DNA from: Jiangellaceae bacterium
GTDB taxonomy: Bacteria > Actinomycetota > Actinomycetes > Jiangellales > Jiangellaceae
Length of the DNA: 64,000 nt
Assembly (NCBI GenBank): GCA_050743075.1
Contig: JBOGDS010000003.1
Span: 12,614 to 76,613 of the forward strand
Direction: 5' to 3'
In this document: in pieces, positions 18,689-26,192 of the stretch
Layout: the number at the start of each line of letters is the position of its first letter
Position numbering within the stretch: the first letter of the stretch is position 1
Program-made: the position numbers and the translations under genes
The notes under the pieces: generated by a model
The model's input: the letters and a program-made list of their open reading frames with translations, nothing else
Database searches by the model: none
What the model was told of the DNA's origin: nothing

Positions 18689-20128
18689 ATGGCCGCGAAG
18701 CGGGAACGGCTGGGGGAGTACCGCGACAAGCGGTCCTTCGACAAGACGACCGAACCTCGCGGCACGCGCGGCCGCACACCCGCAGGCAACCGCTTCGTCG
18801 TCCAGGAGCATCACGCCCGCCGCCTGCACTGGGACCTTCGCATCGAGCATGACGGCGTCCTGGTGTCATGGGCCCTGCCGCGTGGGTTCCCCGACACGCC
18901 GGACGAGAACCGGATGGCCGTCCACACCGAGGACCACCCGCTGGAGTACCTCGCCTTCGAGGGCGACATCCCGGTCGGCGAGTACGGCGGCGGGTCCATG
19001 TTCGTCTGGGACTCCGGCACCTACGACGTGGACAAGTTCGACGACGACAAGGTCGTCGTGCGCCTCCGGGGCAGCCGGGTGAGCGGACGGTTCGCGCTGT
19101 TCCAGACCCGCGCCGGCGACAAGGACTGGCTGATCCACCGCATGGACCCACCGGACCCGGGCCGTGAGCCGATGCCGAGCGACCTCGTCCCGATGGCGGC
19201 CACCCTGTCCGAGCTCCCAGCAGACGACACGGGGTGGGGCTACGAGATCAAGTGGGACGGCGTGCGCGCCATCGGCTACGGGGAGCCGGGCAGGCTCCGC
19301 CTGGTCAGCCGCAACCTGCGCGTCGTCACCTCCCAGTACCCCGAGCTGGGCCCGCTGGCACGTGACCTCGGTGCCCGGCACGTCGTGCTGGACGGGGAGA
19401 TCGTCGCCTTCGACACCGACGGCCGGCCCAGTTTCCAGCGCCTGCAGCCACGTATGCACGTCACGTCCGAGTCGGAGATCCGCCGTCGCCGCCGGGATAC
19501 ACCCGTCACGTACGTGATCTTCGATCTGCTCTATCTGGACGGCCGCTCACTACTCGACCGGCCGTACGTGGACCGGCGCCGAGTGCTCGAAGCACTCGAC
19601 CTGGGTGGCGCCGCCTGGCAGGTGCCGGCATACCAGCGGGGCGAGGGCGCGGCCTTCCTGGAGGCAAGCAGGGAGCAGGGCCTCGAGGGGATCGTCGCCA
19701 AGCGGCTGGACAGTACCTACCAGCCGGGCCGGCGCAGCACCGACTGGCTGAAGGTCAAGAACGTGCTCCGGCAGGAAGTCGTGATCGGTGGCTGGGTCGC
19801 CGGTCAGGGCCGCCGCGAGGGCGAGGTGGGAGCCCTGCTGGTCGGCTACTACGACGACGAGGCTCGGCTGCGCTTCGCCGGCAAGGTCGGCACGGGCTTC
19901 GACGCCGCCGCACTGCGGCTGCTACGTGAGCGGCTGGAACCGCTGCGGACGGACGTCAGCCCCTTCACCGGCCGCCAGCCGCAGAAGGACGCGATGTTGG
20001 TGGAGCCCCGGCTGACCTGCGAGGTCGAGTTCTCCGAGTGGACGGGTTCGGGCACCTTGCGTCATCCGTCGTACCAGGGGCTGCGCGACGACAAGCCGGT
20101 GACGGACGTCGTGCGCGAGGTCGGCTAG
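18689..20128 (+). CDS. ligD: ATP-dependent DNA ligase, LigD type: 3'-phosphoesterase domain plus ligase domain, no polymerase domain
   Basis: PE domain 'FVVQEHHARRLHWDLRIE...HTEDHPLEYLAFEG'. Adenylation motif I 'YEIKWDGVRAI'. OB-fold C-terminus. Confidence 0.85.
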   Translation: MAAKRERLGEYRDKRSFDKTTEPRGTRGRTPAGNRFVVQEHHARRLHWDLRIEHDGVLVSWALPRGFPDTPDENRMAVHTEDHPLEYLAFEGDIPVGEYGGGSMFVWDSGTYDVDKFDDDKVVVRLRGSRVSGRFALFQTRAGDKDWLIHRMDPPDPGREPMPSDLVPMAATLSELPADDTGWGYEIKWDGVRAIGYGEPGRLRLVSRNLRVVTSQYPELGPLARDLGARHVVLDGEIVAFDTDGRPSFQRLQPRMHVTSESEIRRRRRDTPVTYVIFDLLYLDGRSLLDRPYVDRRRVLEALDLGGAAWQVPAYQRGEGAAFLEASREQGLEGIVAKRLDSTYQPGRRSTDWLKVKNVLRQEVVIGGWVAGQGRREGEVGALLVGYYDDEARLRFAGKVGTGFDAAALRLLRERLEPLRTDVSPFTGRQPQKDAMLVEPRLTCEVEFSEWTGSGTLRHPSYQGLRDDKPVTDVVREVG

Positions 20129-20179
20129 GGTCGATCGGACAGCGTCGGCCACGCTGGCCGACGAAGGAGGGCGCGCCGG

Positions 20180-20761
20180 ATGGAGGTCCAGGAGACCGAG
20201 GTCCAGACCGACCGCGTCTTCACCATCCCCAACCTGCTGTCGTTCCTGCGCCTACTCGGCGTACCTCTGTTCGTGTGGCTCGTGCTCGGGCCACAGGCGG
20301 ACGGGTGGGCGTTCGTCGTGCTGGCGGTCTCGGCGTTCACCGACTACCTCGACGGCAAGCTCGCCCGCCGCTGGAACCAGATCAGCCGGATCGGCCAGCT
20401 GCTCGACCCGTTGGCCGACCGCCTCTACGTCCTGTCGACCGTGGTGGCACTGACGTTGCGCGAGATCATCCCGCTGTGGTTCGCCGCGCTCCTGGTCGCG
20501 CGCGACGTGCTGCTGGTCGGCCTGGTGCCCATGCTGAGGCGGCGCGGCCTGACAGTCCTGCCGGTCCACTTCCTCGGCAAGGCTGCGACGTTCTGTCTTC
20601 TCTACGCGCTGCCGCTGCTCCTGCTGGGCGACGGTGACGGCACGCTGGCCACGCTCGCACGCGTGTTCGGCTGGGCGTTCGCGATCTGGGGCGTGGGCCT
20701 GTACTGGTGGGCGTTGCTGCTCTACGTCGAGCAGGCGCGCCGGATCGTGCGCACGACCTGA
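20180..20761 (+). CDS. CDP-alcohol phosphatidyltransferase (PgsA/cardiolipin-synthase type)
   Basis: 'FTDYLDGKLARRWNQISRIGQLLDPLADRL' matches D-x2-DG-x2-AR...G-x3-D-x3-D. Confidence 0.85.
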   Translation: MEVQETEVQTDRVFTIPNLLSFLRLLGVPLFVWLVLGPQADGWAFVVLAVSAFTDYLDGKLARRWNQISRIGQLLDPLADRLYVLSTVVALTLREIIPLWFAALLVARDVLLVGLVPMLRRRGLTVLPVHFLGKAATFCLLYALPLLLLGDGDGTLATLARVFGWAFAIWGVGLYWWALLLYVEQARRIVRTT

Positions 20762-20850
20762 CGGCCCCCGGATCCCCATGGGCCGACAATCCCGCGGCAC
20801 CGGCCGCGCCCCTGTCGAGCACCGGCGGCGCGACATGGGACGATGTGGAC

Positions 20851-21717
20851 ATGGCGGCGCGACAGACGGGAGGCGTTCGTCCGGCCGAACGGCCGGACGC
20901 GTCGATGTCGTTGATCACCGACCTGTTCGCCCGTCCGCTCGACGAAGGTTACGCGGAGGCGGCGCAACGCCGCAAAGCTGCCGGCGGACCCGAGTCCTCC
21001 GGCAGCGGGCCGCGGAACTCCGTCGGCCTGATGATCGGACTGCTCGGCCTCGGGATGCTACTCGTCACCGCGGCGCTGCAAGTCCGGAGCCAGGCAGGGA
21101 TCGTGTCGGTTGAGCGGGAGTCGCTCGTCGAGCGGATCGAGCGCGCAACCGCCGACGCTGACGGCCTGGAGCGTGCCCTAGCCGACGTCGAGAGCGACAT
21201 CGTCGAAATCGAGGGCGGCCAGCTGGACATCCTTGCCCTCGGCGATGAACTCAGCGCCTCGCTGGCTAACCTGCGCGGCGCCACCGGTACCGGCCCAGTG
21301 ACCGGTCCTGGCATTGTCGTCGAGGTCGACGACGCCGAGGACAGTCCGGGTGGGGCCGCCAGCGACGAGACCGACGTACTCGACCTCGATCTCCAGCAGG
21401 TCGTCAACGGACTGTGGGCGGCGGGCGCCGAGGCGATCAGCATCAACGGTCAGCGGGTGACCGCGATGACCGCGATCCGCAAGGCCGGCGCGGTGATCCA
21501 CGTCAACTTCCGCCCCATCAGCGCGCCCTACGAGGTGAGTGCGGTAGGAGACTCCCGCACGCTCGCCAGCCGGTTCGCCGAAGGACCGGGCGGGGAGTGG
21601 CTCCGGGCCGCGGCCAGCCTGGCCGGCATCCAGTCCGACATCCGCAGCGAGAGCTCGCTGACGTTGCCAGCTGCCCGGGCAGCGCTGCGCCTGGCCGAGC
21701 CCGAGGAGGCCACATGA
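20851..21717 (+). CDS. DUF881-family membrane protein
   Basis: One TM helix, a coiled-coil stretch, 'GPGIVVEVDD' and 'VNGLWAAGAEAISINGQRV'. ATG at 20851. Confidence 0.8.
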   Translation: MAARQTGGVRPAERPDASMSLITDLFARPLDEGYAEAAQRRKAAGGPESSGSGPRNSVGLMIGLLGLGMLLVTAALQVRSQAGIVSVERESLVERIERATADADGLERALADVESDIVEIEGGQLDILALGDELSASLANLRGATGTGPVTGPGIVVEVDDAEDSPGGAASDETDVLDLDLQQVVNGLWAAGAEAISINGQRVTAMTAIRKAGAVIHVNFRPISAPYEVSAVGDSRTLASRFAEGPGGEWLRAAASLAGIQSDIRSESSLTLPAARAALRLAEPEEAT

Positions 21718-22046
21718 TTCCCGCCATCGGCCTGCTGCTCGGACTCGCGGCCGGATTCCTGCTCGAGGTCGAGGTGCCGCTGTCCTTCCAGCCCTACCTC
21801 CCGATCGCTGTCGTGGCGGCGCTGGACGCCGTGTTCGGCGGCCTGCGAGCAGTGATGGACGGCGTCTTCGACGACAAGGTCTTCGTCGTCTCGTTCATCG
21901 CGAACGTCCTGATTGCGGCGTTCATCGTCTTCCTCGGTGACCAGCTCGGCGTGGGCTCACAGCTGTCGACGGCCGTCATCGTCGTGCTGGGCATCCGCAT
22001 CTTCACCAACGTCGCCACGATCCGACGCCACCTGTTCCGTGCCTGA
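21714..22046 (+). CDS. small basic membrane protein (DUF1290)
   Basis: 110 aa, hydrophobic, 'DKVFVVSFIANVLIAAFIVFLGDQLGV'. ATGA overlap with the upstream DUF881 gene. Confidence 0.8.
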   Translation: MIPAIGLLLGLAAGFLLEVEVPLSFQPYLPIAVVAALDAVFGGLRAVMDGVFDDKVFVVSFIANVLIAAFIVFLGDQLGVGSQLSTAVIVVLGIRIFTNVATIRRHLFRA

Positions 22047-22923
22047 GTCCACCCGCCCCAGGAGCGCCGGCCCGGCGACGCCGGACGACGATCGTGAACC
22101 GGACCCCGTCACCCGGAGCCCTGGACCGGCGCCGGAGGACACGTCGCCCGCCACGCCTGCCGAGCGGTTCGTGCCCACCGCGCCGACGGGCCTCGACCGG
22201 CTCATCCGAGCACTGCGGGCACGACCCGACCTTGGCCAGGTCGCCGTGGCTGCCCTGCTCGGGCTGTTGGGTTTCGCGGCCGCCATCCAGGTACGCATCG
22301 ACGACGACGACCTGCTGAGCCGTGGGTCGCGAGCGGATCTGGTCCAGATCCTCGACGGCCTCACCGTGCGCGGTGACCAGCTCGAGGAACAGATAGCCGA
22401 GCTTGAAGCCGACCGGCGAGAGCTCTTGTCCGGTGCCGACACGGAGCAGGCGGCGCTCGAGCAGACGGCTGCGCTGTACCAGCAGCTCGCCGTGCTGGCT
22501 GGTACGACGCCAACGACCGGCCCCGGGATCGTCGTGACGATCACCGACCCGGACGGAGGTGTCAAGGCACTCACGATGTTCTCGGCCGTCCAGGAGATGC
22601 GCAGCGCGGGCGGGGAGGCGATCGAGCTGGCGGGCGCGAACGACCAGCAGGTGCGGGTCGTGGCCAGCACCTACCTGATCGATGTCGACGGCGGCATCGA
22701 GGTCGACGGCATGTTGCTCGAACCGCCGTACCGGTTCACCGTGATCGGCGATCCGGACGCACTCCGGCCGGCGATGAGCTTCCCGCAAGGTGTGGTCGAC
22801 AATGTCGAGCAGGACGGCGGGCGGGCCACGGTCACCGAGCACGAGGAGCTGGTCGTGGATGCGGTGCACGAGACCGAGGAGCCTCAGTACGCTAGCCCGG
22901 CACCGGCCGACGACGCAGGCTGA
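22039..22923 (+). CDS. DUF881-family membrane protein (second copy)
   Basis: 'GPGIVVTITDPDG' and 'EMRSAGGEAIELAG'. GTG at 22039 overlaps the previous gene. Confidence 0.8.
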   Translation: MPESTRPRSAGPATPDDDREPDPVTRSPGPAPEDTSPATPAERFVPTAPTGLDRLIRALRARPDLGQVAVAALLGLLGFAAAIQVRIDDDDLLSRGSRADLVQILDGLTVRGDQLEEQIAELEADRRELLSGADTEQAALEQTAALYQQLAVLAGTTPTTGPGIVVTITDPDGGVKALTMFSAVQEMRSAGGEAIELAGANDQQVRVVASTYLIDVDGGIEVDGMLLEPPYRFTVIGDPDALRPAMSFPQGVVDNVEQDGGRATVTEHEELVVDAVHETEEPQYASPAPADDAG

Positions 22924-22939
22924 CGTACAGGAGGCGGAT

Positions 22940-23326
22940 GTGTACCCCGACGACCTGCGGTACACCGCTGAACACGAGTGGGTTCGCGACCCGGGCGAGA
23001 CCGACGGCAGCGTGCGCGTGGGAATCACGCACTACGCCCAGGAGCAGCTCGGCGACATCGTCTACGTGCAGCTGCCCGACGTCGGGGCCGAGGTCACCGC
23101 AGGCGAGCCATGCGGCGAGCTGGAGTCCACGAAGAGTGTGAGTGACCTCTTCGCCCCGCTGTCCGGGCAGGTCGTCGCGCGCAACGACGACCTCGACTCG
23201 GCACCGGAGCAGGTCAACGCAGACCCCTATGGCACGGGCTGGATGATCGAGATCGTGCCCGCCGACGCTACCGAGGTCGAATCACTGTTGATGGCAGCCG
23301 AGTACCGCACGCAGGTGGAGACCTGA
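22940..23326 (+). CDS. gcvH: glycine cleavage system protein H
   Basis: 'YTAEHEWV...GITHYAQEQLGDIVYVQLP...ELESTKSVSDLFAPLSG', containing the lipoyl-lysine motif. Confidence 0.9.
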   Translation: MYPDDLRYTAEHEWVRDPGETDGSVRVGITHYAQEQLGDIVYVQLPDVGAEVTAGEPCGELESTKSVSDLFAPLSGQVVARNDDLDSAPEQVNADPYGTGWMIEIVPADATEVESLLMAAEYRTQVET

Positions 23327-23459
23327 GCGGGCGTCGGGTCCGGTTGACCCTCCGGCGCGCGCGGCCCTAGGTTTCCAGGAACCGTCAACCCTCAGGTGCG
23401 GATCGAGGGTCCGACCTGACGTTCAGCCGCGGGCAGCCGTGGCAGGAGGCCGAGAGCCG

Positions 23460-23999
23460 ATGCCGTTCTGCACCCAGTGCGGGCACGATAACCCTGCCGA
23501 CGCCAACTTCTGCTCCAACTGCGGGGCCCGGCTGACGCCTGCGCCGGCGCCCGGGTCGGCGGCGGATGCGACGAACACGCTGGCGATCGCTCGTGACGAG
23601 GTCGAGCGCGAAGACCTCGGCCGGGAGGACACCGGAGATCTCGGCCCGGCCGACCAGGCGGCCGTCGACGCGCTGCCCGCCGGCAGCGCGCTGCTCGTGG
23701 TCCTCCGCGGGCCGAACGCCGGGAGCCGGTTCCTGCTCGACACCGACTCGGTGAGCGCCGGCCGGCACCCGGACTCAGACATCTTCCTCGACGACGTCAC
23801 CGTGTCGCGCCGGCACGCCGAGTTCCACCGCACCGACGATGGCTTCCTCGTGACCGACGTGGGCAGCCTGAACGGCACTTATGTCAACCGCGACCGCATC
23901 GACGAGGTGCTGCTCGCCAACGGCGACGAGGTGCAGGTGGGCAAGTACCGCCTGGTCTACTACTCGAGCCAGCACGGGTTCGGGGGCGGCCCGCGGTGA
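23460..23999 (+). CDS. zinc-ribbon plus FHA-domain protein, in the syntenic position of GarA/OdhI
   Basis: 'CTQCGHDNPADANFCSNCG' zinc ribbon. FHA domain 'SAGRHPDSDIFLDDVTVSRRHAEF...GSLNGTYVNR'. ATG at 23460 follows GGAGG. Confidence 0.85.
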   Translation: MPFCTQCGHDNPADANFCSNCGARLTPAPAPGSAADATNTLAIARDEVEREDLGREDTGDLGPADQAAVDALPAGSALLVVLRGPNAGSRFLLDTDSVSAGRHPDSDIFLDDVTVSRRHAEFHRTDDGFLVTDVGSLNGTYVNRDRIDEVLLANGDEVQVGKYRLVYYSSQHGFGGGPR

Positions 24000-24697
24000 G
24001 TTCGGCGCTGCCGGCGCGACAGACCTTCAACATCGGCGAGGTCCTCGGGCAGCTGCGCCCGGACTTCCCCGGCGTGACGATCTCCAAGATTCGTTTCCTG
24101 GAGTCCGAAGGTCTGGTCGAGCCGCAGCGCGCACCGTCGGGCTACCGACGGTTCAGCCACGACGACATCGCCCGGTTGCGCTACGTCCTGACGGTCCAGC
24201 GCGACCACTACCTGCCGCTTCGGGTGATCAAGGAGCAGCTCGAGCAACTCGACGACGGCATGGAGATGTCCACCGGAGCCCGCCCGGGGGCGCCGTATGC
24301 GCTGGGCCCGCCGGGCCAGGACCCCGGTGAGGTGCGGCTCTCGCGGAGCTCCCTGGCCGAGGCGGCGGGTATCTCCGAGGACCTGCTGGCCGAACTCGAG
24401 TCGTACGGGCTGGTCTCTGCCCGCGGCGCGACCTTCGACGCCGATGCCCTGGTCGTCGCTCGGACCGCCGGTGAGCTGGCGGTGTACGGCCTCGAGCCAC
24501 GGCACCTGCGCACGATCCGCAGCGCGGCCGAGCGTCAGGTGGGCCTGATCGAGCAGGTTGTGGCGCCGATGCTGCGACAGCGTGGGGCGGAGGCCCGCGG
24601 CCGGGGCGAGGAGGCCGCCCGCGAGATCGCCCGGCTCGCGTCTCGACTGCATGCTGCGTTGGTGGAAACCGGCCTTCGGCGCGTCCGCGCCCGCTGA
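23996..24697 (+). CDS. MerR-family transcriptional regulator, in the syntenic position of Rv1828/FtsR
   Basis: 'FNIGEVLGQLRPDFPGVTISKIRFLESEGLVEPQRAPSGYRRFSHDDIARLRYVL'. GTGA overlap with the FHA gene. Confidence 0.85.
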   Translation: MSSALPARQTFNIGEVLGQLRPDFPGVTISKIRFLESEGLVEPQRAPSGYRRFSHDDIARLRYVLTVQRDHYLPLRVIKEQLEQLDDGMEMSTGARPGAPYALGPPGQDPGEVRLSRSSLAEAAGISEDLLAELESYGLVSARGATFDADALVVARTAGELAVYGLEPRHLRTIRSAAERQVGLIEQVVAPMLRQRGAEARGRGEEAAREIARLASRLHAALVETGLRRVRAR

Positions 24698-24754
24698 GCC
24701 GGGCGGGCCGCACCGGCAGGGTGTGACCGCGAGAACTGGCGTAGGGTTGACGAC

Positions 24755-25231
24755 GTGCGTGAGCTCGACGTGGTGGGCGTCCGGGTCGAGATGCCGTCCA
24801 ACCAGCCGATCGTCCTGCTCCGCGAGGTCGATGGCGAGCGCTACCTTCCCATCTGGATCGGCGCCGTGGAAGCGACCGCCATCGCCTTCGCCCAGCAGGG
24901 TGTCACGCCCGCGCGGCCGATGACCCACGACCTGTTCAAGGACGTGCTCGATGCGATCGGCGCCAAGCTCGAACAGGTCCGCATCACCGAGATCAAGGAC
25001 AGCACCTATTACGCCGAGTTGGTGTTCACCGGGGGCATCCGGGTGAGTTCTCGTCCGTCGGACTCCATCGCGCTGGCGTTGCGCACGGGCACGCGCATCT
25101 TCGCCGCGGAGCCCTTGCTGGACGAGGTCGGCATCGTGATCGCCGATGGCGCCGACCACGAGCAGGAGGACGAGGTCGAGAGGTTTCGCGAGTTCCTCGA
25201 CCACGTGTCACCCGAGGACTTCGCCAGCTGA
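24755..25231 (+). CDS. bifunctional nuclease family protein (DUF151)
   Basis: 'PIVLLREVDGERYLPIWIGAVEATAIAFAQQGVTPARPMTHDL'. Confidence 0.8.
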   Translation: MRELDVVGVRVEMPSNQPIVLLREVDGERYLPIWIGAVEATAIAFAQQGVTPARPMTHDLFKDVLDAIGAKLEQVRITEIKDSTYYAELVFTGGIRVSSRPSDSIALALRTGTRIFAAEPLLDEVGIVIADGADHEQEDEVERFREFLDHVSPEDFAS

Positions 25232-25363
25232 CGTGAGCCTCCGCGGTCATGTCGAAAGTCTGGAGTTGAGGTCGAGGTCGAGAGTTCGCCCGCGTGTTGC
25301 GTTGACCCCGCCCGGGGCCGCGCCTAGCGTCGCGGGTGTTGGTCGGAGGACGGAGGGGTCGGC

Positions 25364-25969
25364 GTGAACGGAGACACCACGGGCGGCACGGGCCCGGCTG
25401 GGGCACCGTCGGACGACGCCGTTCTGGAGGCCGGCCGGCAAGGCCTGCTCTTCGAGGGCATGGTCGGCCCGATTCCCGACGATGTCGGCTACCGGGGTCC
25501 GACCGCGTGCGCCGCCGCTGGCATCACCTACCGCCAGCTCGACTACTGGGCCCGGACCGGGCTCGTGGAGCCCACGGTCCGGCCGGCGTCGGGCTCAGGA
25601 AGCCAGCGGCTGTACTCGTTCAGCGACATCCTGGTTCTGAAGATCGTCAAGCGGCTGCTCGACACGGGCGTGTCGCTGCATCAGATCCGTCAGGCCATCC
25701 GGCATCTGCGTGACCGCGGCGTGGAGGATCTCGCCGGCATCACGCTGATGAGCGACGGCGCCAGCGTGTACGAGTGCACGTCGGCCGACGAGGTGGTCGA
25801 CCTGGTGCAGGGCGGCCAGGGTGTGTTCGGCATCGCCGTCGGCCGGGTCTGGCGCGAGGTCGAGGCGACGCTGATCGAGATGCCGGGGGAGCGGCCCGGC
25901 CAGGAGCCCGGCGAACACCCCGGCGACGAGCTCGCCGCGCGTCGGCGGACGAGGGTCGTCGGCGCCTGA
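25364..25969 (+). CDS. MerR-family transcriptional regulator
   Basis: 'AAGITYRQLDYWARTGLVEP...RLYSFSDILVLKIVKRLLDTGVSLHQIRQAI'. Confidence 0.8.
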   Translation: MNGDTTGGTGPAGAPSDDAVLEAGRQGLLFEGMVGPIPDDVGYRGPTACAAAGITYRQLDYWARTGLVEPTVRPASGSGSQRLYSFSDILVLKIVKRLLDTGVSLHQIRQAIRHLRDRGVEDLAGITLMSDGASVYECTSADEVVDLVQGGQGVFGIAVGRVWREVEATLIEMPGERPGQEPGEHPGDELAARRRTRVVGA

Positions 25970-26029
25970 ACCGGTCCCGGCGGTGAGCCGGGAGTGCGCA
26001 AGGTAGGCTTGCGGGCCAGCCGTCGAACC

Positions 26030-26175
26030 CGGCCGGGAGAGACTCCGCGCAGCCGGCGCGGAGCGCCGAAGGGGCAACCTCCCCGGAACCTCTCAGGCAG
26101 CACGGACCGCCCGGGCAGGCCACTCTGGAGCAGCACCGCCGGGTGTCGTGACAGAGGGGGAGCCGTCGTCGCATG
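26030..26175 (+). promoter_or_regulatory. glycine riboswitch (one full aptamer at 26033..26115 plus a downstream stem)
   Basis: ccGGGAGAGactccgcgc..gcgcggagCGCCGAAGGGGCAAcctccccggaaCCTCTCAGGCagcACGGACcgcccgg contains the conserved glycine-aptamer core. It lies immediately upstream of gcvP. Confidence 0.75.
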
Positions 26176-26192
26176 CCGTCGAGGAGCCCCGA

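Noticed and set aside
26116-26175. A second complete glycine aptamer (tandem riboswitch).
   Set aside because: The sequence starts with CTCTGGAG but lacks the ACCGAAGGGGCAA and CTCAGGC core elements. It was kept only as a possible ghost aptamer or expression platform.
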